Shown one piece after another: positions 16,367 to 25,933 of a stretch of 32,000 nucleotides of DNA. Location: the NCBI GenBank assembly GCA_963704705.1, contig OY969931.1:60001-92000 (forward strand). The letters run 5' to 3'. Each line of letters begins with the position of its first letter. Positions within the stretch are counted from its first letter, which is position 1. A model generated the notes under the pieces. The model searched no databases, was not told the DNA's origin, and was given only the letters and a program-made list of their open reading frames with translations. A program made the translations under genes and the position numbers. This stretch comes from an uncultured bacterium (GTDB taxonomy: Bacteria; Patescibacteriota; Gracilibacteria; UBA1369; PNNO01).

Positions 16367-17281
16367 ATGAAAATATTAGTTACCGGCGGCGCCGGATTTA
16401 TAGGTCATCATTTAATAAAACGATTGCTTGATCAGGGGCATAAAGTTATTTGTGTTGATAACCTTGTAACAGGCAAACGTAAAAATTTAAAAGGTTTTGA
16501 AATCGAATTTATTGAGCAGGATATTTGCGAACCTTTAAACCTGGAATGTGATCAGATATACAACCTCGCGTGTCCTGCATCGCCTGTACAATTTAAGAAA
16601 AACCCCTTGTTAATTAGCAAAACCTGCACTCTTGGCAGTTTAAACATACTCGAACTTGCCAAGCAAAATAAAGCCAGAATTTTGCAGGCTTCAACATCCG
16701 AAGTTTATGGAGATCCAAAAGAACATCCTCAAAAAGAAACATATTTGGGTAATGTTAATCCAACAGGCCCGCGTGCCTGTTACGATGTTGGCAAGCGCTT
16801 GGCTGAGTCAATGTTTATGGATTATCACCGCAAGCACAACCTTGATATTAGGATAGTCAGAATTTTTAATACTTATGGTCCAGGGCTTGCAAAAGATGAC
16901 GGAAGAGTTGTTTCAAATTTTATAGAACAGGCTTTAAAAGGCGAAGATTTAACTGTTTATGGCGACGGAAGTCAAACCCGCAGCTTTCAATATATCGACG
17001 ATTTAATCGAAGGGCTTATTATGATGATGAATCAGGATGATTTTATAGGGCCGGTTAATATGGGGAATCCAAATGAAATAACAATCAATGAACTGGCTGA
17101 AAAAATAATTGAACTAACCGGCTCAAAAAGCAAAATTACTTATAAAGATTTGCCTCAGGATGATCCTGCGCGCAGACAACCGGATATAACTTTGGCAAAA
17201 CAAAAACTTGGGTGGGAGCCAAAAATCAGTTTAAGCAGTGGTTTGAAAAAAACTATTCTGGAATGGCCAAAATCTGATTAG
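16367..17281 (+). CDS. UDP-glucuronate decarboxylase (UDP-xylose synthase), SDR family
   Basis: [14 protein letters not shown] Rossmann motif, [33 protein letters not shown] (YxxxK), and the C-terminal [17 protein letters not shown]. This matches UXS-type enzymes closely. Confidence 0.88.
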   Translation: MKILVTGGAGFIGHHLIKRLLDQGHKVICVDNLVTGKRKNLKGFEIEFIEQDICEPLNLECDQIYNLACPASPVQFKKNPLLISKTCTLGSLNILELAKQNKARILQASTSEVYGDPKEHPQKETYLGNVNPTGPRACYDVGKRLAESMFMDYHRKHNLDIRIVRIFNTYGPGLAKDDGRVVSNFIEQALKGEDLTVYGDGSQTRSFQYIDDLIEGLIMMMNQDDFIGPVNMGNPNEITINELAEKIIELTGSKSKITYKDLPQDDPARRQPDITLAKQKLGWEPKISLSSGLKKTILEWPKSD

Positions 17282-17708
17282 TCAGCTTCATCATTGTTTG
17301 AAAATCGCGTTCTGATTTGTGCTCATAGCCTAAAATATGAAGCACGCCATGAACAAATAAAAATTTTAATTCATCCAAAACTTCCATATCATTTTCTTCA
17401 GCTTGTTTTTGCGCTGTTTCAAAGGAAATAAAAATTTCACCTATCATATCTTGTTCAGGAAATTCTTCATCGCCCAAATAACTTAATGAAATTACATCAG
17501 TTGGCTTATCTATGCCCCTTTGTTCTTTGTTGATTGTGTGAATTATTTCATCATCAACAAGCGTGAGTGTGATAAAGTGCTTTTTGCGCTTATCAAATTC
17601 CTTTGGAAAAATTTCTTTAAAATCATTGGTTATCAAATCCAGTATTTTTTCGAAAACATGACCCGATAAGGGAACTATTGTGTCATTGTAATATTCAAGA
17701 TTGAGCAT
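17253..17708 (-). CDS. ybeY: rRNA maturation endoribonuclease YbeY
   Basis: [11 protein letters not shown] zinc-binding motif and ~150 aa length. Overlaps the TrmH-family gene (14 nt) and the convergent UXS gene (29 nt). Confidence 0.85.
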   Translation of the reverse strand: MLNLEYYNDTIVPLSGHVFEKILDLITNDFKEIFPKEFDKRKKHFITLTLVDDEIIHTINKEQRGIDKPTDVISLSYLGDEEFPEQDMIGEIFISFETAQKQAEENDMEVLDELKFLFVHGVLHILGYEHKSERDFQTMMKLTNQILAIPE

Positions 17709-18246
17709 TGTTTTGTTGATACTTGTTTAATAATTGATATACAGCAATTCCATAGGCTGTGGCAACATTTAATGAGTTTGCGTGTCCCAACATTGGTATT
17801 GAGATTGATAAATCAGCCATTTCCATAACTTCATCTTTTATTCCCTCGATTTCATGGCCCAATACCAAAGCAACCGGAAAATCAAAATCAGTTTTAGCAT
17901 AGTGATGCGAAGGATCCGATAATTCCAAGGTTACAATCTGCACCCCTTTTTCTTTAAGTTCGCGCACAACATCAATTGCGTTTTTTCGATATTCCCATGG
18001 AACTGTCTGGTCTGCTCCAAGCGAAGTTTTTGTGATCTCGCGTCTTGGCGGCATTCCTGTCATCCCGCATAAATAAATTTTTTCAATTAATGCACCGTCG
18101 CTGGTTCTGAAAATCGCACCAACATTATATAGACTTCGAATATTGTCGAGCACAACATAAATAGGTGTTCGTTTCGATTTTTTCACTTCCTGCACGGATT
18201 TTTTTGTGAGCTGTATTTCTTCGGGAGTAAGCTTGCGATATTTCAT
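17695..18246 (-). CDS. SpoU/TrmH-family RNA 2'-O-methyltransferase
   Basis: SpoU motifs are present: LDNIRSLYNVGAIFRT, LVLGHEIEGI and IPMLGHANSLNVATAYGIAVY. Confidence 0.85.
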   Translation of the reverse strand: MKYRKLTPEEIQLTKKSVQEVKKSKRTPIYVVLDNIRSLYNVGAIFRTSDGALIEKIYLCGMTGMPPRREITKTSLGADQTVPWEYRKNAIDVVRELKEKGVQIVTLELSDPSHHYAKTDFDFPVALVLGHEIEGIKDEVMEMADLSISIPMLGHANSLNVATAYGIAVYQLLNKYQQNNAQS

Positions 18247-18331
18247 AAAGGTTTTATTGTAAAACCACTTGCCAAAATAGACAAATTAGTGTAAATTTAT
18301 TTCCAATTAATCATAATGACTCAAATTAATC

Positions 18332-18841
18332 ATGTCAACTCAAGCTCAGAAAACATTTAATTTAAGCCGTAAAGAGGCCGCAGATATAATGAAGGTGTCT
18401 ACCCGCACTCTGGACCGCTATATTAAGTCAAAAAAGCTGTCTAGTAAGAGTATTGCTGGCAGAATTATGTTGAGCAGTGATGAAATTGCAGGCATTGGGA
18501 ATAAACGTCCTCACAGAAAAGTAAGTAAAAGTACGGGTCAGAAAAAAGTTTATGAAATCAACACGTCTAATATTGAAACTAACGATACCGAAGAAAAAGT
18601 GTATAGAAAATTATATGAAGAATTAAAAATGGAAGTTAAAATATTTCAGCAAAGACTTGAAGGTGCGAATTATAGAGTCGGGCAATTGGAATCTCAGGTA
18701 AAAGCATCAGTACCATTACTTGATCACCAAAAAGTCCTTACAGAAGCTAAAAAAGATAAGTACAACAAAAAAGTCCTTTATATAATATTGGGGATTATAT
18801 TGGTTCTTCAGCCTTTATGGCTTATTTTGGCCTATTTTTAA
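18332..18841 (+). CDS. Helix-turn-helix protein with coiled coil and a C-terminal transmembrane anchor
   Basis: LSRKEAADIMKVSTRTLDRYIKSKKL is excisionase/MerR-like HTH. The C-terminal VLYIILGIILVLQPLWLILAYF is a TM helix. Confidence 0.6.
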   Translation: MSTQAQKTFNLSRKEAADIMKVSTRTLDRYIKSKKLSSKSIAGRIMLSSDEIAGIGNKRPHRKVSKSTGQKKVYEINTSNIETNDTEEKVYRKLYEELKMEVKIFQQRLEGANYRVGQLESQVKASVPLLDHQKVLTEAKKDKYNKKVLYIILGIILVLQPLWLILAYF

Positions 18842-19491
18842 ACCTTTTTCATTTTAATCAACTCTCTTTTTTCAAGAGTATAATTGAAGTTTTCAATTGA
18901 AGCTTTCATTTTATCCAGAAGGCCATATGAACTTTCAAGCGCCTGTTTTAATGAATTGCCATCACCTATAGCAGCAAAAGTATAAGGTGGTATTAAAATT
19001 GCGCCATTTACCATAATTTGACCATTAGGAAGCGTATCAAAACCAATACTTGAATCTGTAAGACGAATATTGTTGATGCTTATTGCCTCGGCACCTGAAG
19101 CAAAAAGTTCATTTACGATATCAGTAAACCAAATATCTTTAATTACGTTGTTAATCTCAAAAACAATTCCGGAACCCGATACATCAACTTCACCTGCAAT
19201 TATTTTGTTTTTAGTGATTTCTTTTTCAATCGATTTAAGCGCTTCCGCCTTTGTAGAAACTTCTTCCAGCTGCATTTCAAGTGACGTTATTTCATCTTTT
19301 AATTCATCATTTGATGTTTTTAGAATTTGAATTTTTCTGAAAACATTTTCAGTTGAATCACGTCCTACAGATGCAACATAATTAGTGAAATATTTAGACT
19401 GGGTTATCACGAGTGCACCAAGAATAATACCTGTTATTAACATTAGAATCATTTGTGTTGTTTTATCTGTTAATTTAAATTTCCTGTTCAT
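18838..19491 (-). CDS. DUF881 family membrane-anchored protein
   Basis: N-terminal TM helix, a coiled coil, then GSGIVFEINN...ASGAEAISINNIRL...NGAILIPPYTFAAIGD, the typical DUF881 pattern. Confidence 0.75.
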   Translation of the reverse strand: MNRKFKLTDKTTQMILMLITGIILGALVITQSKYFTNYVASVGRDSTENVFRKIQILKTSNDELKDEITSLEMQLEEVSTKAEALKSIEKEITKNKIIAGEVDVSGSGIVFEINNVIKDIWFTDIVNELFASGAEAISINNIRLTDSSIGFDTLPNGQIMVNGAILIPPYTFAAIGDGNSLKQALESSYGLLDKMKASIENFNYTLEKRELIKMKKV

Positions 19492-20203
19492 CTAATGGAT
19501 TTAAATAATTAAGTCTGAATTGGCCGTTGTAAACCGGTAAAACAACGTATGGCGATTCTTCGGTTGAAAATTGGATTCCGTTTTCTTTTACTCTTTTTTG
19601 CAGATCAGGCAGAACAGTCGGATCAGAAAGCCTTATTAAGAAAGAAGGATAATCACCGATAGCTGAAATAGTAAATGGGGGCGCGAGATTTGAGTTATTA
19701 ACCAAAATAGTATTGCCAACCGAAGTTATTGAACTGGTGGCTATTAACCTTTGTTCGTTAATTGAAATTCCCTCAACACTGTTTGCGCGCAGAAGATTAA
19801 CGATATCGCGGATATCAGCAGCGTATACAATTCCTTCTTCTTCTTCGGTGATATTTTCACGATCAATATATGGGCTGTCATTTAAATGGATTATATATCC
19901 CGGACCTTTAAGTTCTGTTAATCCTATTTCTTTTTTTAATGAATTTAATATTTCGAGATTGCTGGTTTGACTAACCAAAGCGTTTTGTTCGAGGCTTTTA
20001 TCGATTTTTTCACGAAGCGTAGTGATTCTGCTTTTTAAAGAGGCTTCATCATCAATATAGCTCTTAATTAGTTCTTTTTGAGCTTCAATTTGGTCAATTG
20101 CATATGAGCTTCCGATGGGCACAATTGTTCTGAACTGAGCCATAACAAGCACGCCAACAAATATGCCTGCAACAATCGAAATCAGTTTTAGTGAATATTT
20201 CAT
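19475..20203 (-). CDS. DUF881 family membrane-anchored protein (paralogue)
   Basis: GPGYIIHLND...ANSVEGISINEQRL...NNSNLAPPFTISAIGD. I prefer the start MKYSLKLISIVAG (ATG at 20203). The track's longer N-terminus is hydrophobic junk and would leave only 20 nt to the divergent gene. Confidence 0.75.
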   Translation of the reverse strand: MKYSLKLISIVAGIFVGVLVMAQFRTIVPIGSSYAIDQIEAQKELIKSYIDDEASLKSRITTLREKIDKSLEQNALVSQTSNLEILNSLKKEIGLTELKGPGYIIHLNDSPYIDRENITEEEEGIVYAADIRDIVNLLRANSVEGISINEQRLIATSSITSVGNTILVNNSNLAPPFTISAIGDYPSFLIRLSDPTVLPDLQKRVKENGIQFSTEESPYVVLPVYNGQFRLNYLNPLDEQEI

Positions 20204-20310
20204 AACACAAAGTAGCTTTATACAACGGTATTCTACAAAAATAAAGATGTAATGTCTATGCTGTATTGACATTATAAATAATGGATTCATAATTTTTATA
20301 TAGAAATAAT

Positions 20311-20709
20311 ATGAAAAATATGCAATTAGGCATGAACAGAAATACGCAAGAGCTTGTCAGGGGTATTAAAGATCCTGATGATGTGTTGGAGCGAAAAATG
20401 CAAAAGTACGAGGAGGATTTACCTCTTATTGTAAGTGCAGATATTTTTGCTAAAGGCGCAAAACAATCACGCTTGGAAGTATTAAAAAGCAAGTTGGATA
20501 GATTAGCTCAGGAAGTAAGGGAAGAACAACGTAAAATCAGAGAAAAAATAAACGAAACCATTGACAGCCTTTCGTTAGAAGAACTCGCCAACACATTGGA
20601 ATCGGATGATGTTAGTGAAGTTCGCGAAAGAAGATTAATACTTATTCAGCACAGAATAGTGACTTTACGAAAAGAGATACAAGATGCAGTGTCAAGCTTA
20701 ATTGACTAA
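20311..20709 (+). CDS. Hypothetical coiled-coil protein
   Basis: 132-aa charged helical ORF with no recognisable motif. Confidence 0.5.
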   Translation: MKNMQLGMNRNTQELVRGIKDPDDVLERKMQKYEEDLPLIVSADIFAKGAKQSRLEVLKSKLDRLAQEVREEQRKIREKINETIDSLSLEELANTLESDDVSEVRERRLILIQHRIVTLRKEIQDAVSSLID

Positions 20710-20734
20710 TTAATAAAGATTAATCTATTTAAAT

Positions 20735-21244
20735 ATGAAGGAAAATAAAGAAGCAGTAGAAATTCGCGATGCCTTATCGGAATTAAGAAAACTTGAAACC
20801 GAATTACAGCAGGCAGTTTCAAATGTAGCAACAATTACAGTTGTAACCTGGAATGAGATGGTCAATTTTAGGTCAGGATCTAAAAATACAAAAAAAAATG
20901 TGAAAGAGATAGATGATTTAAGAACCCGAACTGCTGAAATTTACTCGTCTTTATCTCTATTACTCGAAAAAGTTAAAGCAGGATTAAAAAATGAAGGAAC
21001 GGAAAATGGCATAGCTATTGATGCAATAAATAATTTGCCTGAATTGCTTGAAAAATTATTAAAAGAAGCCGGCGATTTAAGATTACACTTGTCAATGATC
21101 CAAAATTCATTAGAAAAAGTCAGATGCCCAGCTAGAATTATCAGAAGAAAACTTGCTCAGGTATTATTAATGCCAACTGTTGGCACTGATGATTTGATTC
21201 TTCAAATTAGTAGCTCCACACAAAGTGATTTGAATGATAAATAA
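20735..21244 (+). CDS. Hypothetical coiled-coil protein
   Basis: 169-aa ORF, 25 nt after the previous one on the same strand. No recognisable motif. Confidence 0.5.
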   Translation: MKENKEAVEIRDALSELRKLETELQQAVSNVATITVVTWNEMVNFRSGSKNTKKNVKEIDDLRTRTAEIYSSLSLLLEKVKAGLKNEGTENGIAIDAINNLPELLEKLLKEAGDLRLHLSMIQNSLEKVRCPARIIRRKLAQVLLMPTVGTDDLILQISSSTQSDLNDK

Positions 21245-21322
21245 GATGATCGGAAAGATTTTGAAATCCCCTTTCATTCCAAAGCAATTAAAGGTTAAAT
21301 ATTAAAGTACTAATTTGTTGTT

Positions 21323-22120
21323 ATGATTGGTGTTTTTGATTCAGGTTATGGCGGACTTACAGTGCTAAAACCTTTTTTGGAAAAGCTGCCACAATACGAT
21401 TATATGTATCTCGGTGATAATGCGCGAACCCCTTATGGACCGCGTGGCGCTGAAACAGTACAAAAATACAGCGAAGAAGCTGTTGAATTTTTGTTTGAAA
21501 AAGGTGCAAACTTGGTTATTATTGCGTGCAATACCGCCTCAGCGCTTGCTTTACGCCATTTACAACAAAAATATCCTGATAAAAAAATTCTGGGTGTAAT
21601 TTTTCCATTGGTTGAAAAAGCAGTTGAATCTACCAACAACAAAAAAATTGCAATGGTCGGAACAAAAGGTACGGTCAATTCAAAAGCTTACGATAAAGAA
21701 ATCGAAAAGTTGGACCCTGAAATTAAGGTTTTTAGCAGGGCATGCCCTTTGCTTGTGCCAATAATCGAAGAGCATTGGCATCATAAACCAGAAGCCTTAA
21801 GCATTCTTAAAAAATATTTAAAGCCCATAAAATCATATAATTGCGATACGCTTATTCTTGCGTGCACACATTATCCTTTAATGTATAAGCATTTTAAAAG
21901 GTACATGGGCAAAAAAGTTCAGGTGCTTGATTCAGGGAATGTTGTTGCCGATAGTTTGGCAGATTATTTAAATCGTCATCCAGAAGTTGAAAAGCAGCTT
22001 ACACGAAAAGGAGAACGACATTATTTAACTACTGACTGCCCTGAAACATTTAAAAATTTTGCAAATCAAGAACTTAAGCTTAATATAAAAGAAGTTCAAA
22101 CCGTTAAGTTATGGGCCTAA
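21323..22120 (+). CDS. murI: Glutamate racemase
   Basis: IGVFDSGYGGLTVLK, the catalytic-Cys contexts IIACNTASA and LACTHYPL, and 265 aa length. Confidence 0.92.
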   Translation: MIGVFDSGYGGLTVLKPFLEKLPQYDYMYLGDNARTPYGPRGAETVQKYSEEAVEFLFEKGANLVIIACNTASALALRHLQQKYPDKKILGVIFPLVEKAVESTNNKKIAMVGTKGTVNSKAYDKEIEKLDPEIKVFSRACPLLVPIIEEHWHHKPEALSILKKYLKPIKSYNCDTLILACTHYPLMYKHFKRYMGKKVQVLDSGNVVADSLADYLNRHPEVEKQLTRKGERHYLTTDCPETFKNFANQELKLNIKEVQTVKLWA

Positions 22121-23283
22121 AAAAAGCAAAAAAAATCGCGATCCTCGGCATGCTGGCAATTGCTGTATCGTTCTTTTTTGATGAATATATTTTTACGTTT
22201 TTTGAATATATTCAAAACGACATTCTTACTGTTTTAATGAATTTTGTTACCGACTTTGGATTTTTGTTTTTAATGGGCATAATCGGCGCTGTCGCACTTT
22301 GGCGAAAAAAATACAGACTATTAATGTTTATGGTTATTTGCTCCCTGATTGCTTTTGAGAGCGCTTTTTTATTAAAATTAATTTTTCAGGTTCCGCGTCC
22401 TTATGTGCTTGGTTATGAACAACCCATGTTTTTGGCTAGTGGATACGCTTTTCCAAGCATACATGCCGCATTTATTTATTCTTTGATTCCTTTTCAGAAA
22501 GTTTTATTTAATAAAAAACGAAACCTTATTTTAATTTATATAGTGATGATCGCTGTTGTATTTAGCAGGGTTTATCTTGGAGTTCATTCAATTAGTGATA
22601 TTATTGCGGGTATTGTTGTTGGATATATTGCAACTTACACATTCTTGGGAGCTGAGCAGAAGTACGGACTCATTGAATGGTTTAAGTCACGTGTAACTGA
22701 CAAATTTGAATTAAGAAGGCAGTCTGCCCATTTGTTTATTGGTTTATCAATAGTTTTTTTACTTAAACTCCAGCTTTTGAATACCCAGATTTTATTTATT
22801 ATTACTGTGGTTGGGGGAATTTTAGTTTTAATTGCACGTAAAGTGCGTCTGCCTTATGTCCATGATGTTTTGGAATATTTTGAAAGACCCCATCACATTG
22901 CGCGATTTCCTGGGCGCGGATCATTTTTTATGATTCTGGGAGCTGCATTAAGTACTTTGATTTTTGAAAAGGATGTAGCAATGGCAGCTATTATTATTAT
23001 GGCCGTAGGCGACAGTGTAACCAATATAATCGGTAAACATTTTGGGAAAATAAAGAATCCATTTAATGCAAAAAAGAATATAGAAGGAACTTTTTGGGGA
23101 ATTATTACTGCGACATTGGGAGCATTGTTGTTTGTACCGTTTTGGCCTGCATTCTGGGCGTCAACAATAGCAATGCTTATCGAGTCTTTAGATTTGGGAT
23201 GGAAAAAAAGAAGTATAGAACTTGACGACAATACGCTAATTCCTCTTGTTGCGGGCGCGATAATGACAATCTATTTACTCTAA
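22111..23283 (+). CDS. Fusion protein: N-terminal PAP2 (type 2 phosphatidate/undecaprenyl-diphosphate phosphatase) and C-terminal polyprenol/dolichol-kinase-like CTP-transferase-family domain
   Basis: All three PAP2 motifs are present: KLIFQVPRP, PSIHAA, SRVYLGVHSISD. The C-terminal half has GDSVTNIIGKHFGK...KKNIEGT, as in dolichol/phytol kinases. The start overlaps the murI stop by 10 nt. Confidence 0.7.
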   Translation: MGLKKAKKIAILGMLAIAVSFFFDEYIFTFFEYIQNDILTVLMNFVTDFGFLFLMGIIGAVALWRKKYRLLMFMVICSLIAFESAFLLKLIFQVPRPYVLGYEQPMFLASGYAFPSIHAAFIYSLIPFQKVLFNKKRNLILIYIVMIAVVFSRVYLGVHSISDIIAGIVVGYIATYTFLGAEQKYGLIEWFKSRVTDKFELRRQSAHLFIGLSIVFLLKLQLLNTQILFIITVVGGILVLIARKVRLPYVHDVLEYFERPHHIARFPGRGSFFMILGAALSTLIFEKDVAMAAIIIMAVGDSVTNIIGKHFGKIKNPFNAKKNIEGTFWGIITATLGALLFVPFWPAFWASTIAMLIESLDLGWKKRSIELDDNTLIPLVAGAIMTIYLL

Positions 23284-25098
23284 TTACTCCCACTCAATTG
23301 TTCCTGGGGGCTTATTAGTTAAATCATAAAAGACCCCGCTTATTTCAGGCATTTCTCTGAATCCATCAACAAGTTCGTCTACCCATTTCCATTCCATCGG
23401 GTAAAAATTCGCAGTCATTGCTTCTTCTGATTGAATCGGTCTTAAAACAATACATTCGCCTTCTTCGCTGTTTAGGCTAAGTGGCAGAAGTACAGTAGGA
23501 AACTGCCAAATCTCCTTATACATTTTGTGATATTTGATGAACTGCGTAACCCTGTAATCAGCTTTTTGTAAAACCTCAATTCTGTCGCGACTTATATAGC
23601 CGGGTTTAATTTCTACATCAATAATTCCACGTGGATCTAATAGAAGTAAAACGCGATTTATTGTATTAAATCTGTTTGTTATGTCAGTTGATATTTCCCC
23701 GAGTTTTTCCCAATTTCGCTTTGCATCCTTATGCATTTTTATGGCAAACGGATGCCTGTAAGTCCTCGCATCTCCCTGAACTCCCACACTTTTTATAGGC
23801 AGAATTTTGCCCATAACATCATATTTTTTTGTTAAATAATCATTAATTTCACGTTCGAGCTTTTCATGATTTTCAGGATAGTCTTCAGCTTGAGCACAAA
23901 GGCATCTAACTCCAAGCCCCGGGCCAGGAAAAGGATGTCTGTCCACAATATCATCAGGGATTCCGAGTTGTCTGCCAACTTCACGAACCTCGTCTTTATA
24001 AAGTTGGGTAAGCGGCTCAATAACCTTGCCCGCTTCAATTAATTTTTGAATTTGTTCAACACGGTTATGATGCGTTTTAATTTTATCTGAATGTTTTGTT
24101 CCGCCGGTTTCAATTGTGTCAGGGTAGATTGTCCCCTGTCCGAGCAGCCATTCATCAGGATTTAAATTCAGGTCAGTAATTGCCTTTTTTTGTACTTCAA
24201 TAAAAGTGTCGCCGATTATCTGGCGCTTTTGCTCAGGTTCATAAACATTTTCAAGCTTTGTATAAAATTCATCGGAAGCATAATAGTAATGTACATTTTC
24301 AATACCAGCTTTTTTATAGGCTTCTTCGACTTCTTCTTTTTCAAGTTGTCTAATTAAACCAGTATCAACAAAAAGCCCATAAGTGTTTTCAGGCCCAATT
24401 GCATTTTGAATAAGTTTGTAAGCAACAGTTGAATCAACACCTCCGCTAATAAGCATAAAAACTTTGTTTTTAGAGACCTTATTTTTTATCTGATTGATTT
24501 CGTGCTCAACAAATCTTTTCAAATCCCAATCTCTGTTTGCACCCGTAATCTTCACAAAATTTTCCAAAATAGTCATACCATGCGGTGTGTGTGTTACCTC
24601 CGGATGAAACTGTACACCGTAAATTTTAAGCTCATTATCAGCGATTGCAGCAAATTTACAATCAGAACTAGAACCAACAATTTCCATGCCATCCGGAAGC
24701 TCTTTAACCTCATCACCATGGCTCATCCACACGGTTTCGTCGTCCATCAGGTCTTCAAAAATCCCCACTTTTTTATCAAAATGAACATTCGCCAATCCGT
24801 ATTCTTTAACCTCGCCCTGGGCAACCTTTCCTCCCCTTTTATAAACCATTAATTGCAATCCATAACAAATTCCTAAAACAGGTATGCCAAGGTAAAAAAT
24901 TTGCGGATCACAAGTCGGAGCCCCTTCTTCATATACACTTTTTGGACCACCGCTCATTACAATGCCTTTGTATTCTTTAAGTTGATCAGCCGGAGTATCC
25001 GAATCCAATATTTCAGTGTAAACATTAAGCCTTCTTATTCTATTTGCAATGAGATGTGCATACTGCCCGCCAAAGTCTAAAACCGCGATTTTGTCCAT
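23284..25098 (-). CDS. guaA: GMP synthase (glutamine-hydrolysing), long form
   Basis: GATase domain (LGICYGLQ, QFHPEV), ATP-PPase P-loop ISGGVDSTV, and C-terminal KPPGTIEWE. I prefer the start MDKIAVLDFGGQY (ATG at 25098). At about 604 aa it is longer than typical ~520-aa bacterial enzymes. Confidence 0.95.
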   Translation of the reverse strand: MDKIAVLDFGGQYAHLIANRIRRLNVYTEILDSDTPADQLKEYKGIVMSGGPKSVYEEGAPTCDPQIFYLGIPVLGICYGLQLMVYKRGGKVAQGEVKEYGLANVHFDKKVGIFEDLMDDETVWMSHGDEVKELPDGMEIVGSSSDCKFAAIADNELKIYGVQFHPEVTHTPHGMTILENFVKITGANRDWDLKRFVEHEINQIKNKVSKNKVFMLISGGVDSTVAYKLIQNAIGPENTYGLFVDTGLIRQLEKEEVEEAYKKAGIENVHYYYASDEFYTKLENVYEPEQKRQIIGDTFIEVQKKAITDLNLNPDEWLLGQGTIYPDTIETGGTKHSDKIKTHHNRVEQIQKLIEAGKVIEPLTQLYKDEVREVGRQLGIPDDIVDRHPFPGPGLGVRCLCAQAEDYPENHEKLEREINDYLTKKYDVMGKILPIKSVGVQGDARTYRHPFAIKMHKDAKRNWEKLGEISTDITNRFNTINRVLLLLDPRGIIDVEIKPGYISRDRIEVLQKADYRVTQFIKYHKMYKEIWQFPTVLLPLSLNSEEGECIVLRPIQSEEAMTANFYPMEWKWVDELVDGFREMPEISGVFYDLTNKPPGTIEWE

Positions 25099-25166
25099 TT
25101 TATAAATTTTGAAATAAATCAATTATGTTATATCATACTTTTAAAGTAACTTTTAACGTATTTTCT

Positions 25167-25409
25167 ATGTGCAACATTAAGAATCCATTTTTGCGACTTC
25201 TTATTTATGGGTTAGGAGCTGCTATTGTTGGAATTGTTGGGGGTTTCGTGTTGGGACTTGGAATTTGGGGACTACAATCAATAGTTTGTTTAATTGATGG
25301 GAATGCCAATTGTAGCGGTATGATAAATGCTGCCACTTTTATGGGAAGCGGCGCAGGTGCTGTTATTGGTGCTGTTTTTGGAGGAATTACTGCTTTGAAG
25401 AAAAAATAA
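25167..25409 (+). CDS. Small glycine-zipper membrane protein (hypothetical)
   Basis: Two hydrophobic Gly-rich segments: GLGAAIVGIVGGFVLGLGIWG and GSGAGAVIGAVFGGITAL. I prefer the internal Met at 25167 because the track start at 25125 is only 26 nt from the divergent guaA. Confidence 0.45.
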   Translation: MCNIKNPFLRLLIYGLGAAIVGIVGGFVLGLGIWGLQSIVCLIDGNANCSGMINAATFMGSGAGAVIGAVFGGITALKKK

Positions 25410-25427
25410 ATCACTTAGTGATCTTGG

Positions 25428-25458
25428 ATCACTCGGTAATCCTACATTACCGAGTGAT
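25428..25458 (+). terminator. 12-bp-stem hairpin plus T-run: intrinsic-terminator-like and also a REP-like element 5' of the RAYT gene
   Basis: ATCACTCGGTAA (25428-25439), loop TCCTACA, TTACCGAGTGAT (25447-25458), then TTTTTTT. The arm CCGAGTGAT is the same half-site found in the downstream 18-bp array. Confidence 0.5.
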
Positions 25459-25510
25459 TTTTTTATATTTATTTAATAAAAATTTAATTTTTTTATGCAA
25501 AAATGTCCTC

Positions 25511-25933
25511 ATGAGAAAACCATCATTGAAGACAAATACGGCTTACCACATTTATAATCGAGGTGTTTCAAAAATGAAAATTTTTAAATCAGATGCAGAT
25601 TATAAATATTTTCTATACATTCTCTCGAAGTATAAGAAAAAATATGAAATTGAAGTTATTACTGCCTGCCCGATGCCAAATCACTTCCATTTGTTGATAC
25701 GCTCGGAATTTGACTATAAAAAGATTCCAAAATTTATGAAAGATTTGCAGGTCTCTTACTCTTGTTATTTTAATCGTACCTATAGACATAAAGGGCATGT
25801 CTTCGAGGGATCATATAGGCATAAAGAGATAAATTCTATCGAATATTTAGCGCAAATTATTGACTATATAGCACAAAATCCTGTGAAAGATAGACTAGTA
25901 AAAAAATCACAGGATTGGCCCTACTTAATATAA
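25511..25933 (+). CDS. IS200/IS605-type Y1 HUH transposase-like protein (REP-associated tyrosine transposase, RAYT-like)
   Basis: AYHIYNRG...IF, the HUH motif in CPMPNHFHLLI, FNRTYRHKGHVFEGSYRHKEI, and the Tyr context IIDYIAQNPVKDRLV...DWPY. I prefer the start MRKPSLK (25511) because the track's N-terminal 31 aa are read through the hairpin. Confidence 0.8.
   Translation: MRKPSLKTNTAYHIYNRGVSKMKIFKSDADYKYFLYILSKYKKKYEIEVITACPMPNHFHLLIRSEFDYKKIPKFMKDLQVSYSCYFNRTYRHKGHVFEGSYRHKEINSIEYLAQIIDYIAQNPVKDRLVKKSQDWPYLI

Noticed and set aside
18838-20290. The two DUF881 ORFs as one frameshifted pseudogene
   Set aside because: Each has its own N-terminal TM helix, coiled coil and complete C-terminal DUF881 motif set. 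Paired paralogues are the normal arrangement.
25418-25510. Longer N-terminus of the RAYT ORF (track start 25418)
   Set aside because: The first 31 codons read straight through the palindrome, the 12-bp-stem hairpin and a T-run, and give hydrophobic junk. The conserved Y1-transposase N-terminus (AYHIYNRG) follows the Met at 25511.
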